DNA of 20,726 bases from a virus: the IMG/VR virus record IMGVR_UViG_3300013880_000023; one strand, written 5' to 3'. Position 1 is the first letter of the stretch. Every line of letters starts with the position of its first letter. Of the stretch, positions 14,650 through 20,726 are shown piece by piece. A program made the translations under genes and the position numbers. The notes under the pieces were generated by a model that worked only from the letters and a program-made list of their open reading frames with translations, made no database searches and was not told where the DNA came from.

Positions 14650-14799
14650 CTATCCCCAGCCTAAAACTGCATTTATGATGTTAAATATAATATTAAGACA
14701 ACCTCCGCCACCACCAACAACCAGACTAACCCCCGAACTCACCCAGCTAAATATTACGTTCCATGCTGAACATACGATATGAAGCAACCCTCCAACCAT
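14650..14799 (-). CDS. 49-aa uncharged Gly-rich peptide MVGGLLHIVCSAWNVIFSWVSSGVSLVVGGGGGCLNIIFNIINAVLGWG
   Basis: RBS-like AGGATGGT; tight packing with the next gene. Confidence 0.75.
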   Translation of the reverse strand: MVGGLLHIVCSAWNVIFSWVSSGVSLVVGGGGGCLNIIFNIINAVLGWG

Positions 14800-14844
14800 T
14801 TTTTACCATCCTTTTATTTTCATTATTTTTTATTCATTTTATAT

Positions 14845-15021
14845 CTATTTAACTAACGCACCCGGTAATATGCTTACAACACCTCTAAACACACGATTGA
14901 TGATTGTTTGGATGTATGAACATGTGGAAACGATCTGAAACGCATAGTTAACTACATCGTAGAGATAGCAACATAAAGGCAAATTGATCTGACAACATAT
15001 ACCATAGCATATTGATTGCAT
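14845..15021 (-). CDS. 58-aa Cys-rich peptide (MQSICYGICCQINLPLCC...SILPGALVK)
   Basis: Start moved to ATG 15021 behind GAGGT. Confidence 0.75.
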   Translation of the reverse strand: MQSICYGICCQINLPLCCYLYDVVNYAFQIVSTCSYIQTIINRVFRGVVSILPGALVK

Positions 15022-15037
15022 ATTATACCTCATCATC

Positions 15038-15325
15038 TCATTTACCTAATGCAGCTATCAGATCACCTATAGCGGTCTCTGCAATCTCAATATAATTCAC
15101 AATACACGGGACAGATTGTAACCCAGCCATAATCATTGATATGAATTTGAGCCAGAGATCAAACAAGGACTGACCTCCACATATAACGAGATCACAACCT
15201 ATCTTACCTGCCGAACATACCCAAGAGTTTATGCACGGTACTAGAGTTAAACCTCCCGTTATTCCTGTCAATCCGAGACGAATTAAAGATGCTACAATCC
15301 CAAAAACTATTATACAGCATTCCAT
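15038..15325 (-). CDS. 95-aa Cys-rich hydrophobic protein ending AALGK
   Basis: N-terminus MECCI similar to MQTCI/MQTCL; C-terminus shared with 15803-15997. Confidence 0.8.
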   Translation of the reverse strand: MECCIIVFGIVASLIRLGLTGITGGLTLVPCINSWVCSAGKIGCDLVICGGQSLFDLWLKFISMIMAGLQSVPCIVNYIEIAETAIGDLIAALGK

Positions 15326-15345
15326 ATTTTATCTTTTTTCATTTT

Positions 15346-15786
15346 TTATGCAAATATCCACGATAATATTGTCTGCGAGACCTTACTGAATAGAGCTACG
15401 CCGTTAGAGTTACAAGCGAGTAATAAAATAAAGTATACTATTACTTGTATGATCATATATATAACTCCCGGAATTATCATTATTACTGTTAAAAATGAAG
15501 GTAATAATCCAGGTACGACGGCATTATTTAGAAAGGATAGACACATATTAGGCATTATATAGAGGAAAGGAAATGTTACACACAAAGGAAATAATATCAA
15601 GCTAAACAAATTATGAAGAATTAATCCAATACCTGTACAAATAAAAATGGGCCAATTCCAAATCATACCAATAATATAAAATCCTGCAATACCAGTAATT
15701 ATAGCAAATATAAGCATCAGAATACCCCAGACTACAAACTCCAATATCTCCAGAATTAAACATATTAAGTCTGTTATCGGTTCCAT
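15346..15786 (-). CDS. Extremely hydrophobic multi-pass membrane protein, 146 aa
   Basis: RBS GAGGT; nearly continuous hydrophobic helices with scattered Cys. Confidence 0.8.
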   Translation of the reverse strand: MEPITDLICLILEILEFVVWGILMLIFAIITGIAGFYIIGMIWNWPIFICTGIGLILHNLFSLILFPLCVTFPFLYIMPNMCLSFLNNAVVPGLLPSFLTVIMIIPGVIYMIIQVIVYFILLLACNSNGVALFSKVSQTILSWIFA

Positions 15787-15802
15787 ATCTTATTTTACCT
15801 CT

Positions 15803-15997
15803 TTATTTACCTAGTGCTGCTGGTATATTAATAAGTGCTCTGATTGCTTCGTTTATCATACCAATTATGTTCGTGCATCCAACTCCTACCGTTGTCATTA
15901 GGCATTGGTAACACACACATAAGTCAGGAATACCCTGACCAATCAATACCTTAATCCAACTTGCACATAGCCCAATTATTGCAATACACGTCTGCAT
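15803..15997 (-). CDS. 64-aa Cys-rich peptide ending AALGK
   Basis: MQTCIAIIGLCASW parallels MQTCLSVVGVCASW of the upstream gene. Confidence 0.8.
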   Translation of the reverse strand: MQTCIAIIGLCASWIKVLIGQGIPDLCVCYQCLMTTVGVGCTNIIGMINEAIRALINIPAALGK

Positions 15998-16047
15998 CTT
16001 TTTCTTATTTTATTTTTATATGATTATATGAGGTGCGATGATCATGG

Positions 16048-16251
16048 TTACTTCGGTGAAAATAGATCAGTTAATCTTGCCATAACAGAGTCAATATATG
16101 GTATGATTGGTGCACAAATTCCTCCAAAACAACCGCCACCGATTCCTACACAACCACTACATAATGACTGACAAACGGTAATAATGCTCTCCCCGAACAT
16201 AGCTTTAAACCAGCTTGCACATACTCCTACTACAGATAAACACGTTTGCAT
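16048..16251 (-). CDS. 67-aa Cys/Gly-rich peptide
   Basis: RBS GAGGT; paralogous N-terminus to 15803 and paralogous C-terminus to 16313. Confidence 0.8.
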   Translation of the reverse strand: MQTCLSVVGVCASWFKAMFGESIITVCQSLCSGCVGIGGGCFGGICAPIIPYIDSVMARLTDLFSPK

Positions 16252-16312
16252 TTTTATTTTTACCTCTTTTTTTATTTTTTATTTGTTTTACCTCTATTCT
16301 GACTTTTAACGA

Positions 16313-16477
16313 TCACTTTGCAGAGAATATAAGATCGTTGATCCTTGCAAAAATCGGATCGATATATGTAACGCATGATATCCCTGTCGATATTATAGAG
16401 CCGATAATGTTGCATATTTTTGGCATTAATGAACAAATACCCATACAGTTTTCTATCCACGTAACGATACAATCCAT
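16313..16477 (-). CDS. 54-aa Cys-rich peptide MDCIVTWIENCMGICSLMPKICNIIGSIISTGISCVTYIDPIFARINDLIFSAK
   Basis: Preferred to the track's 16272-16472 frame because the C-terminus YIDPIFARINDLIFSAK matches YIDSVMARLTDLFSPK of 16048-16251. Confidence 0.75.
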   Translation of the reverse strand: MDCIVTWIENCMGICSLMPKICNIIGSIISTGISCVTYIDPIFARINDLIFSAK

Positions 16478-16504
16478 CTTATTTTCCTGTATTTTCCTGT
16501 GTTT

Positions 16505-16675
16505 TTATTTATTTACAAACTGGGACATATTATCAATCGCAAAGGATATACATGATTCAATCCAAGCAACCCATTCTCCCCGCATGCACCAGAGACAAAT
16601 ATACGTGATCGTCTCTTGGATCGGTATCTGTATCAAATCGCATGCATAGTTCCAGAATCCTTGGTATATCATCAT
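16505..16675 (-). CDS. 56-aa peptide MMIYQGFWNYACDLIQIPIQETITYICLWCMRGEWVAWIESCISFAIDNMSQFVNK
   Basis: No clear RBS, but N-terminus parallels 16692-16826 and 'VAWIESC' parallels 'VTWIENC'. Confidence 0.65.
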   Translation of the reverse strand: MMIYQGFWNYACDLIQIPIQETITYICLWCMRGEWVAWIESCISFAIDNMSQFVNK

Positions 16676-16691
16676 ACAGCATCAATAAAAA

Positions 16692-16826
16692 TCATTGGTT
16701 AAAAAGACCAGAGAATACCTCTGTAATAACGTTCTTAAGAGTACTAACTATCGTCATTATCATGCTTTGAATCGGATATGCTATGGCATTACAAACAGCG
16801 TTTATTATCAATTCATAGATAATCAT
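16692..16826 (-). CDS. 44-aa peptide MIIYELIINAVCNAIAYPIQSMIMTIVSTLKNVITEVFSGLFNQ
   Basis: RBS GAGGT. Confidence 0.75.
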   Translation of the reverse strand: MIIYELIINAVCNAIAYPIQSMIMTIVSTLKNVITEVFSGLFNQ

Positions 16827-16847
16827 GTTTTACCTCTTTAGTCCTTC

Positions 16848-16991
16848 TTATTTGCCAAACTCTGCTGCCATGATGTTTACAGATGCACTGATCCCGTCTA
16901 CAAATCCCTGAATAAAGTTTGGAATCATGTACAATATCAATGTAAGAGAATACGGAGATGGGCAAAACAGATCGATAGCAAGACCTACCAT
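16848..16991 (-). CDS. 47-aa peptide MVGLAIDLFCPSPYSLTLILYMIPNFIQGFVDGISASVNIMAAEFGK
   Basis: GGTGAGGGG upstream; ends in GK; CP motif shared with 11924 and 11052. Confidence 0.7.
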   Translation of the reverse strand: MVGLAIDLFCPSPYSLTLILYMIPNFIQGFVDGISASVNIMAAEFGK

Positions 16992-16998
16992 AAGATCA

Positions 16999-17112
16999 TC
17001 ATCCCCTCACCAAAGACTGCAATAACTCACCGATTATCGTACCTATTGACATGCCAAGCGGATATGCAAGCTGGAATGCATACTCAATGATCGGCGTTAT
17101 TATTATCGACAT
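16999..17112 (-). CDS. 37-aa peptide MSIIITPIIEYAFQLAYPLGMSIGTIIGELLQSLVRG
   Basis: GAGTGA upstream; first gene of the array. Confidence 0.7.
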   Translation of the reverse strand: MSIIITPIIEYAFQLAYPLGMSIGTIIGELLQSLVRG

Positions 17113-17159
17113 GGTCACTCTTTTTTATCTTTTTTATTTTGTTGTTTTTTTCTTTTTTT
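17098..17159. repeat. 62-bp direct repeat, copy 1 (61/62 identical to 17469-17530)
   Basis: TATTATTATCGACAT[G/T]GTCACTCTTTTTTATCTTTTTTATTTTGTTGTTTTTTTCTTTTTTT; offset 371. Confidence 0.95.
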
Positions 17160-17231
17160 GGTTTTGTCTGAAACGCATAGATTTTAAAAATTATGTTTTT
17201 ACCTACTACTATATATAAATATCATGTTTGA

Positions 17232-17462
17232 TCAAAGAGCGAGCTCTACTATTATAAATGCTATAAATGCTAAAAGCATCAAAATGATCATGCCAATCCA
17301 CTGATTCTCAGACAATAGTGATGCTGTATAGTTAAGTTGTCTATATAGCATAATCCTGCTTATATCCTCATTATTGGTAAATCCTGCTTCTCGGCATATC
17401 GCAACTTCTTCTTTCAGTTGCTTAATTCTTCTTTCTTTGCGGCGTTCAGATAGTTTACTCAT
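17232..17462 (-). CDS. 76-aa protein with basic N-terminus and C-terminal TM helix
   Basis: 'WIGMIILMLLAFIAFIIVELAL'; lies between the 62-bp repeats. Confidence 0.75.
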   Translation of the reverse strand: MSKLSERRKERRIKQLKEEVAICREAGFTNNEDISRIMLYRQLNYTASLLSENQWIGMIILMLLAFIAFIIVELAL

Positions 17463-17468
17463 ACTTTA

Positions 17469-17530
17469 TATTATTATCGACATTGTCACTCTTTTTTATC
17501 TTTTTTATTTTGTTGTTTTTTTCTTTTTTT
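17469..17530. repeat. 62-bp direct repeat, copy 2; encodes a stub MSIII*
   Basis: Single mismatch at 17484 vs 17113. Confidence 0.95.
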
Positions 17531-17681
17531 CTCTTTTCTTTTTTTGCCGTCTTAATTTTATGCTTTCCTGGATCGTTTTGATCGCCATATATACAGAGAA
17601 TAACCGTGAATTTGTCGGAGGTTCATCATCTATACCTCTGGCCGCTTTACCTATCTGTTCAAGATCTCTTAATATAGACGT
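17505..17681 (-). pseudogene. 58-codon basic ORF with ACG where ATG is expected (pseudogene or non-canonical start)
   Basis: GGAGGTATAAAC-ACG TCT ATA...; open to TAA at 17505; only an internal ATG at codon 32. Confidence 0.45.
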
Positions 17682-17775
17682 GTTTATACCTCCAAGATAT
17701 TTATATATTATAAATGTTATCTTATAAATATATAAAGTTAATCATAAATTGGATAAAAGGAGGGATAAGGTCAAA

Positions 17776-18840
17776 ATGGTTAAACTTTTCAATGGTGTAA
17801 AACCTGTCATCGCATCTAAAATAGAAACAAGACGGCAGGCTTTTAGAGATTTTTATATTGAGCAAGAAAAAATGTCAGCCGATACAGATTATCACGTTAG
17901 ACCGCTCAATATAGACAATATCAATTTTATGGATCCGCTGGCTGCATGGGATGGCATGAAGGTGCTCAATCCTGTAGTGTCATGGATCGTTAAACGAATA
18001 TACCAGCCAGAGCCAAAACTAAACTGTGTGATGATGATAAATGGTCAGACAGGAAGTGGTAAATCGTACTCTGCGATAAAATTAGGCATACTCACCGATG
18101 ACGAGTTTGATGTCGACTCGGTTTGTTTCTCTCTCCGAGAGATGAGAGACCGAGTTGAGGAGGGTAGAAAAACAATAATATTGGATGACGTCGAGACGTT
18201 TGCCCATAGCAGGGATTCAATGACGAAACTGTCAAAGTGGTTGACAAAATATTTTGACATGGTACGTGCACGACGGAACTTTTTCATCCTGACTGCCCCG
18301 TCTTTCTATGAAGTTGACAAGATCCTCCGAGAGAGAACATTAGTGCAAGGAATCACAAAAGGAGTCAATATGGCGTGGGGGCATACGATATTAAAAACAT
18401 TTTTCATAGAGAAAGAGCCAAACTATGGCAAGATATACAAGCATAGACCGATTATATTTGATGAGAACACAGGAACATACAAAAAGATCAATGATATACG
18501 TCTGGGTAAACCATCAGACCGTATCATCAAAGAATATGAGGATAAAAAACTGGATATGTTCAATAAACTGGGCAAAAATATCGATAAAATTGAGCAACAT
18601 GACGAGATAGATAAGAACAAAGACAGAGACAAATATAAAATATATGCGGATGATTATATAGCCGGGATGACCATAAAAGAGATTGCAGACAAGTATAATG
18701 ATAAAGAGACGAATGTTAAAAAGGCTCTATCACATGCTAAACAGGTGCAGTATAGGATCAGAGATTTAAGAGTCAGAGAATTAAATGTAATCCATACGAC
18801 GGCGAAAGATTTGAATGAAAATACTTCAGTTATTGGCTAA
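17776..18840 (+). CDS. Viral P-loop ATPase (packaging/extrusion-type) with C-terminal helix-turn-helix
   Basis: Walker A 'INGQTGSGKSY', Walker B 'IILDD', 'FILTAP', 'DKILRE'; C-terminal 'GMTIKEIADKYNDKETNVKKAL'; ATG 17776 preferred to TTG 17749. Confidence 0.85.
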   Translation: MVKLFNGVKPVIASKIETRRQAFRDFYIEQEKMSADTDYHVRPLNIDNINFMDPLAAWDGMKVLNPVVSWIVKRIYQPEPKLNCVMMINGQTGSGKSYSAIKLGILTDDEFDVDSVCFSLREMRDRVEEGRKTIILDDVETFAHSRDSMTKLSKWLTKYFDMVRARRNFFILTAPSFYEVDKILRERTLVQGITKGVNMAWGHTILKTFFIEKEPNYGKIYKHRPIIFDENTGTYKKINDIRLGKPSDRIIKEYEDKKLDMFNKLGKNIDKIEQHDEIDKNKDRDKYKIYADDYIAGMTIKEIADKYNDKETNVKKALSHAKQVQYRIRDLRVRELNVIHTTAKDLNENTSVIG

Positions 18841-19025
18841 ACGGGTGCTTGATGAGAATTGCCCGTCCACACATTTTACCTGCGTCAATGTAATCCTAGT
18901 ATATATCTACAATGAAAAATTTTTTTTGCCTGACGGATATCTTTATATTTTATTATAATAGATATATATTATACAATTTTAAAATTTTTAAATTTTAAAA
19001 ATAAATGATAAAAAGGAGCTAAAAA

Positions 19026-19298
19026 ATGGATAACGTGCCTATTTTTGAGGCGGCTTTATCTGATGCAGGGAGTTTTGTCCCTTATGTTGGTTTTTTCATA
19101 ATATATATAGCGGTGATGTTCATACATGCAATGACACGGTTTAACCTGTTGGCATTATTTTTAGGATTTGCGTCGATATTCATAGCGCTAATGATGTTCA
19201 GTACTAATGCAATCTTTGCTGTGATGGTTGCCCTGCTTGGAGTTCTGTACTTTGTTTTTTTTGCACGGCAGGCAATACGAAATATGAGGGGTAAATAA
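19026..19298 (+). CDS. Membrane protein, 90 aa, about three TM helices
   Basis: RBS AGGAG; three hydrophobic stretches. Confidence 0.8.
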   Translation: MDNVPIFEAALSDAGSFVPYVGFFIIYIAVMFIHAMTRFNLLALFLGFASIFIALMMFSTNAIFAVMVALLGVLYFVFFARQAIRNMRGK

Positions 19299-19301
19299 AA
19301 A

Positions 19302-19808
19302 ATGTCGCTTTCTGCATATCAAATATGGCAGCATAAAAGAAGAGGTAAACGGTATTGTCAAGCGTGGATAATGAGAGATAACGAAGTGATCGGCGTTGAT
19401 AACGAGCCGTTTAGTACGGATAAATTCGAGTGGGGTGGCAAACTCTTTATTAGAAAAGATGCCCCGGATCTGATCTGGAACGATCGGGATATATATATCT
19501 ATGAATATGACAATGCACTCGGCAAAGTATTGCATGTTAATGATGCTCTCAATATGTCTTTTGATTGTGACACAAATGTTGATGATGCTAAAAAGAGTGT
19601 TATGGATATACCAGATAAAGACAAAAATAATAACGATGTAAAAATAGGATCAAAAATAGATCCGTCTTGGGTGTCTAAATATGTTGGTAGTCATATCATA
19701 GAGGATGCTATTCGTGGAATGCACCAGCAAGAGCGAGGCGTTGATTTCATGGGTATTTTGATGGGTGTCATAGTCCTGATACTGATTCTGTTCGTCTTCT
19801 TTGGATGA
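19302..19808 (+). CDS. 168-aa protein with C-terminal TM anchor
   Basis: RBS-like GGGGT; 'ILMGVIVLILILFVFFG' terminus. Confidence 0.8.
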   Translation: MSLSAYQIWQHKRRGKRYCQAWIMRDNEVIGVDNEPFSTDKFEWGGKLFIRKDAPDLIWNDRDIYIYEYDNALGKVLHVNDALNMSFDCDTNVDDAKKSVMDIPDKDKNNNDVKIGSKIDPSWVSKYVGSHIIEDAIRGMHQQERGVDFMGILMGVIVLILILFVFFG

Positions 19809-19850
19809 GTGATGGATGAGTGAGGATCCTAAAAAAAGAGATGGTATAAA

Positions 19851-20006
19851 ATGGCTGAGGTGTTTGGTGCTATAATAGACTGCATGATATGTATATCGTA
19901 TCCAGAATGGTATTGCAATACGATGATATCGTATTTTGATCGGTCACTGCAAGACCTGATCAAGTATGTCGATGAACTATGCGGGTTGTGCATGATGCCA
20001 ATATAA
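19851..20006 (+). CDS. 51-aa Cys-rich peptide MAEVFGAIIDCMICISYPEWYCNTMISYFDRSLQDLIKYVDELCGLCMMPI
   Basis: Fills the gap between two genes; GATGGTATAAAATG start context; five Cys. Confidence 0.7.
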   Translation: MAEVFGAIIDCMICISYPEWYCNTMISYFDRSLQDLIKYVDELCGLCMMPI

Positions 20007-20024
20007 AAATAGAGGAGGTATAAA

Positions 20025-20516
20025 ATGGCTCAAAATAAAAAAAGAGATGGGCAGGAATATGATGATGTCGGAGATGTAGACGACGATATTGATGATGAGA
20101 TAATAGACAAAGATGCTGATGACGGGCAAGAGGTGATGACGTACGCAAGACGACCACTTGTAGAGGAACGACTTAGGGATGATATTGAGGATATCGTCAA
20201 CGGGTTGATACCAAGAGCTCACACTGGTGATGAAGAGAGCCTGCATCGGCTTATCGCAATGTCAGACCTGCAAGGTAACTCGAGGGCTATCATGCCAGTA
20301 TTGCTAATGATGAATGCTGATATAGAGAAGACGCTCGGGAATAGATCAAAAGAGATTGACGAGTTTATTATCGGGTTTTGTCTTTCGTCTATTGGGTCTA
20401 ACCGGTACGGTAGAAAAGAGGTACTTTCTGCTATTGGTGGCGAACCGGTGCCTACCCAAAAAGAGGAAGGGATGAAAAGTGGAAGAGGGTTACTCAGCAG
20501 GATATTCGGACGGTAG
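20025..20516 (+). CDS. 163-aa protein with acidic N-terminus and amphipathic C-terminus
   Basis: RBS GAGGAGGT; 'SIGSNRYGRKEVL'; ends GLLSRIFGR. Confidence 0.85.
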   Translation: MAQNKKRDGQEYDDVGDVDDDIDDEIIDKDADDGQEVMTYARRPLVEERLRDDIEDIVNGLIPRAHTGDEESLHRLIAMSDLQGNSRAIMPVLLMMNADIEKTLGNRSKEIDEFIIGFCLSSIGSNRYGRKEVLSAIGGEPVPTQKEEGMKSGRGLLSRIFGR

Positions 20517-20726
20517 GGGATTAAAAAAGGAAACCTCACTAAAAATTAAATAAATCTTTATAAATGCTTAAAATATTGTACAAAACATAAGCACTTCTCT
20601 ATTGGTTAAACAAGAGGATTAATTATGTATAGGATAAATAGCCTAACTCAATTAATTTGATAAATATTTTATAAAACATTATCATAATAATTGCTATAAG
20701 AATAAAAGCACTACTGTTTATAATAT

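Larger units (their letters stand above)
1..20726. mobile_element. Archaeal virus genome, spindle-shaped-virus-like; possibly a complete circle opened in the intergenic/origin region
   Basis: Two small two-hydrophobic-helix capsid-like genes, SF3 helicase, tyrosine recombinase, viral-type P-loop ATPase, archaeal RBS motifs, no host housekeeping genes. Terminal genes converge on AT-rich non-coding ends. No terminal redundancy seen, so circularity is inferred only. Confidence 0.75.

Noticed and set aside
16272-16472. 66-aa ORF from the supplied track
   Set aside because: Non-ATG start and no family resemblance; the overlapping frame 16313-16477 has an ATG and clear paralogy to 16048-16251
16481-16500. 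10-bp tandem duplication ATTTTCCTGT x2, and GGATGAGTGA x2 at 19803-19823
   Set aside because: Short slippage-type duplications in intergenic DNA with no further structure
14324-17112. Self-contained RiPP biosynthetic cluster
   Set aside because: No radical SAM, YcaO, LanM-type enzyme or ABC exporter is recognisable in the window; most peptides lack a leader
19816-19875. 19-aa ORF MSEDPKKRDGIKWLRCLVL sharing KKRDG with the 20025 gene
   Set aside because: Very short, overlaps the better 19851 ORF; the 14-bp match is mostly an A-run, so at most a decayed duplication
1-20726. Possible terminal inverted repeat (GTGCCTTTATT at the start vs AATAAAAGCAC near the end)
   Set aside because: Only about 11 bp with a mismatch, offset from the terminus, in very AT-rich DNA; not convincing

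Overview
AT-rich, gene-dense 20.7-kb element that reads as a probably near-complete archaeal virus genome of the spindle-shaped (fusellovirus/His1-like capsid) type. The host is most plausibly a methanogen-related euryarchaeon (inferred from an S-layer-like gene and GGAGG/GGTGA ribosome-binding sites, RBS). Layout: (i) origin-like inverted 3x9-bp iteron arrays next to a primase-less D5/P4-type SF3 helicase and a leftward cluster of small early genes; (ii) a minimal tyrosine recombinase followed by a 22-bp palindrome and small rightward genes; (iii) a long leftward structural region with basic proteins (one Cc1-like, one with an HExxH motif), two membrane-anchored tail-like proteins, two two-helix major-capsid paralogues and an S-layer-like glycoprotein; (iv) a rightward P-loop ATPase/membrane-protein block. 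The most unusual content is about 23 short (17-146 aa), hydrophobic, often Cys-rich peptide genes, most too short for the supplied ORF track and 14 of them contiguous (14324-17112). They form paralogous subfamilies, six end in Gly-Lys, and two share a class III (prepilin-like) leader with a capsid protein. Several 40-62-bp duplications of gene starts flank apparently inserted genes. No tRNA, att site, CRISPR array, DNA polymerase or primase was seen. All family assignments come from motif recognition by eye; no database search was run.
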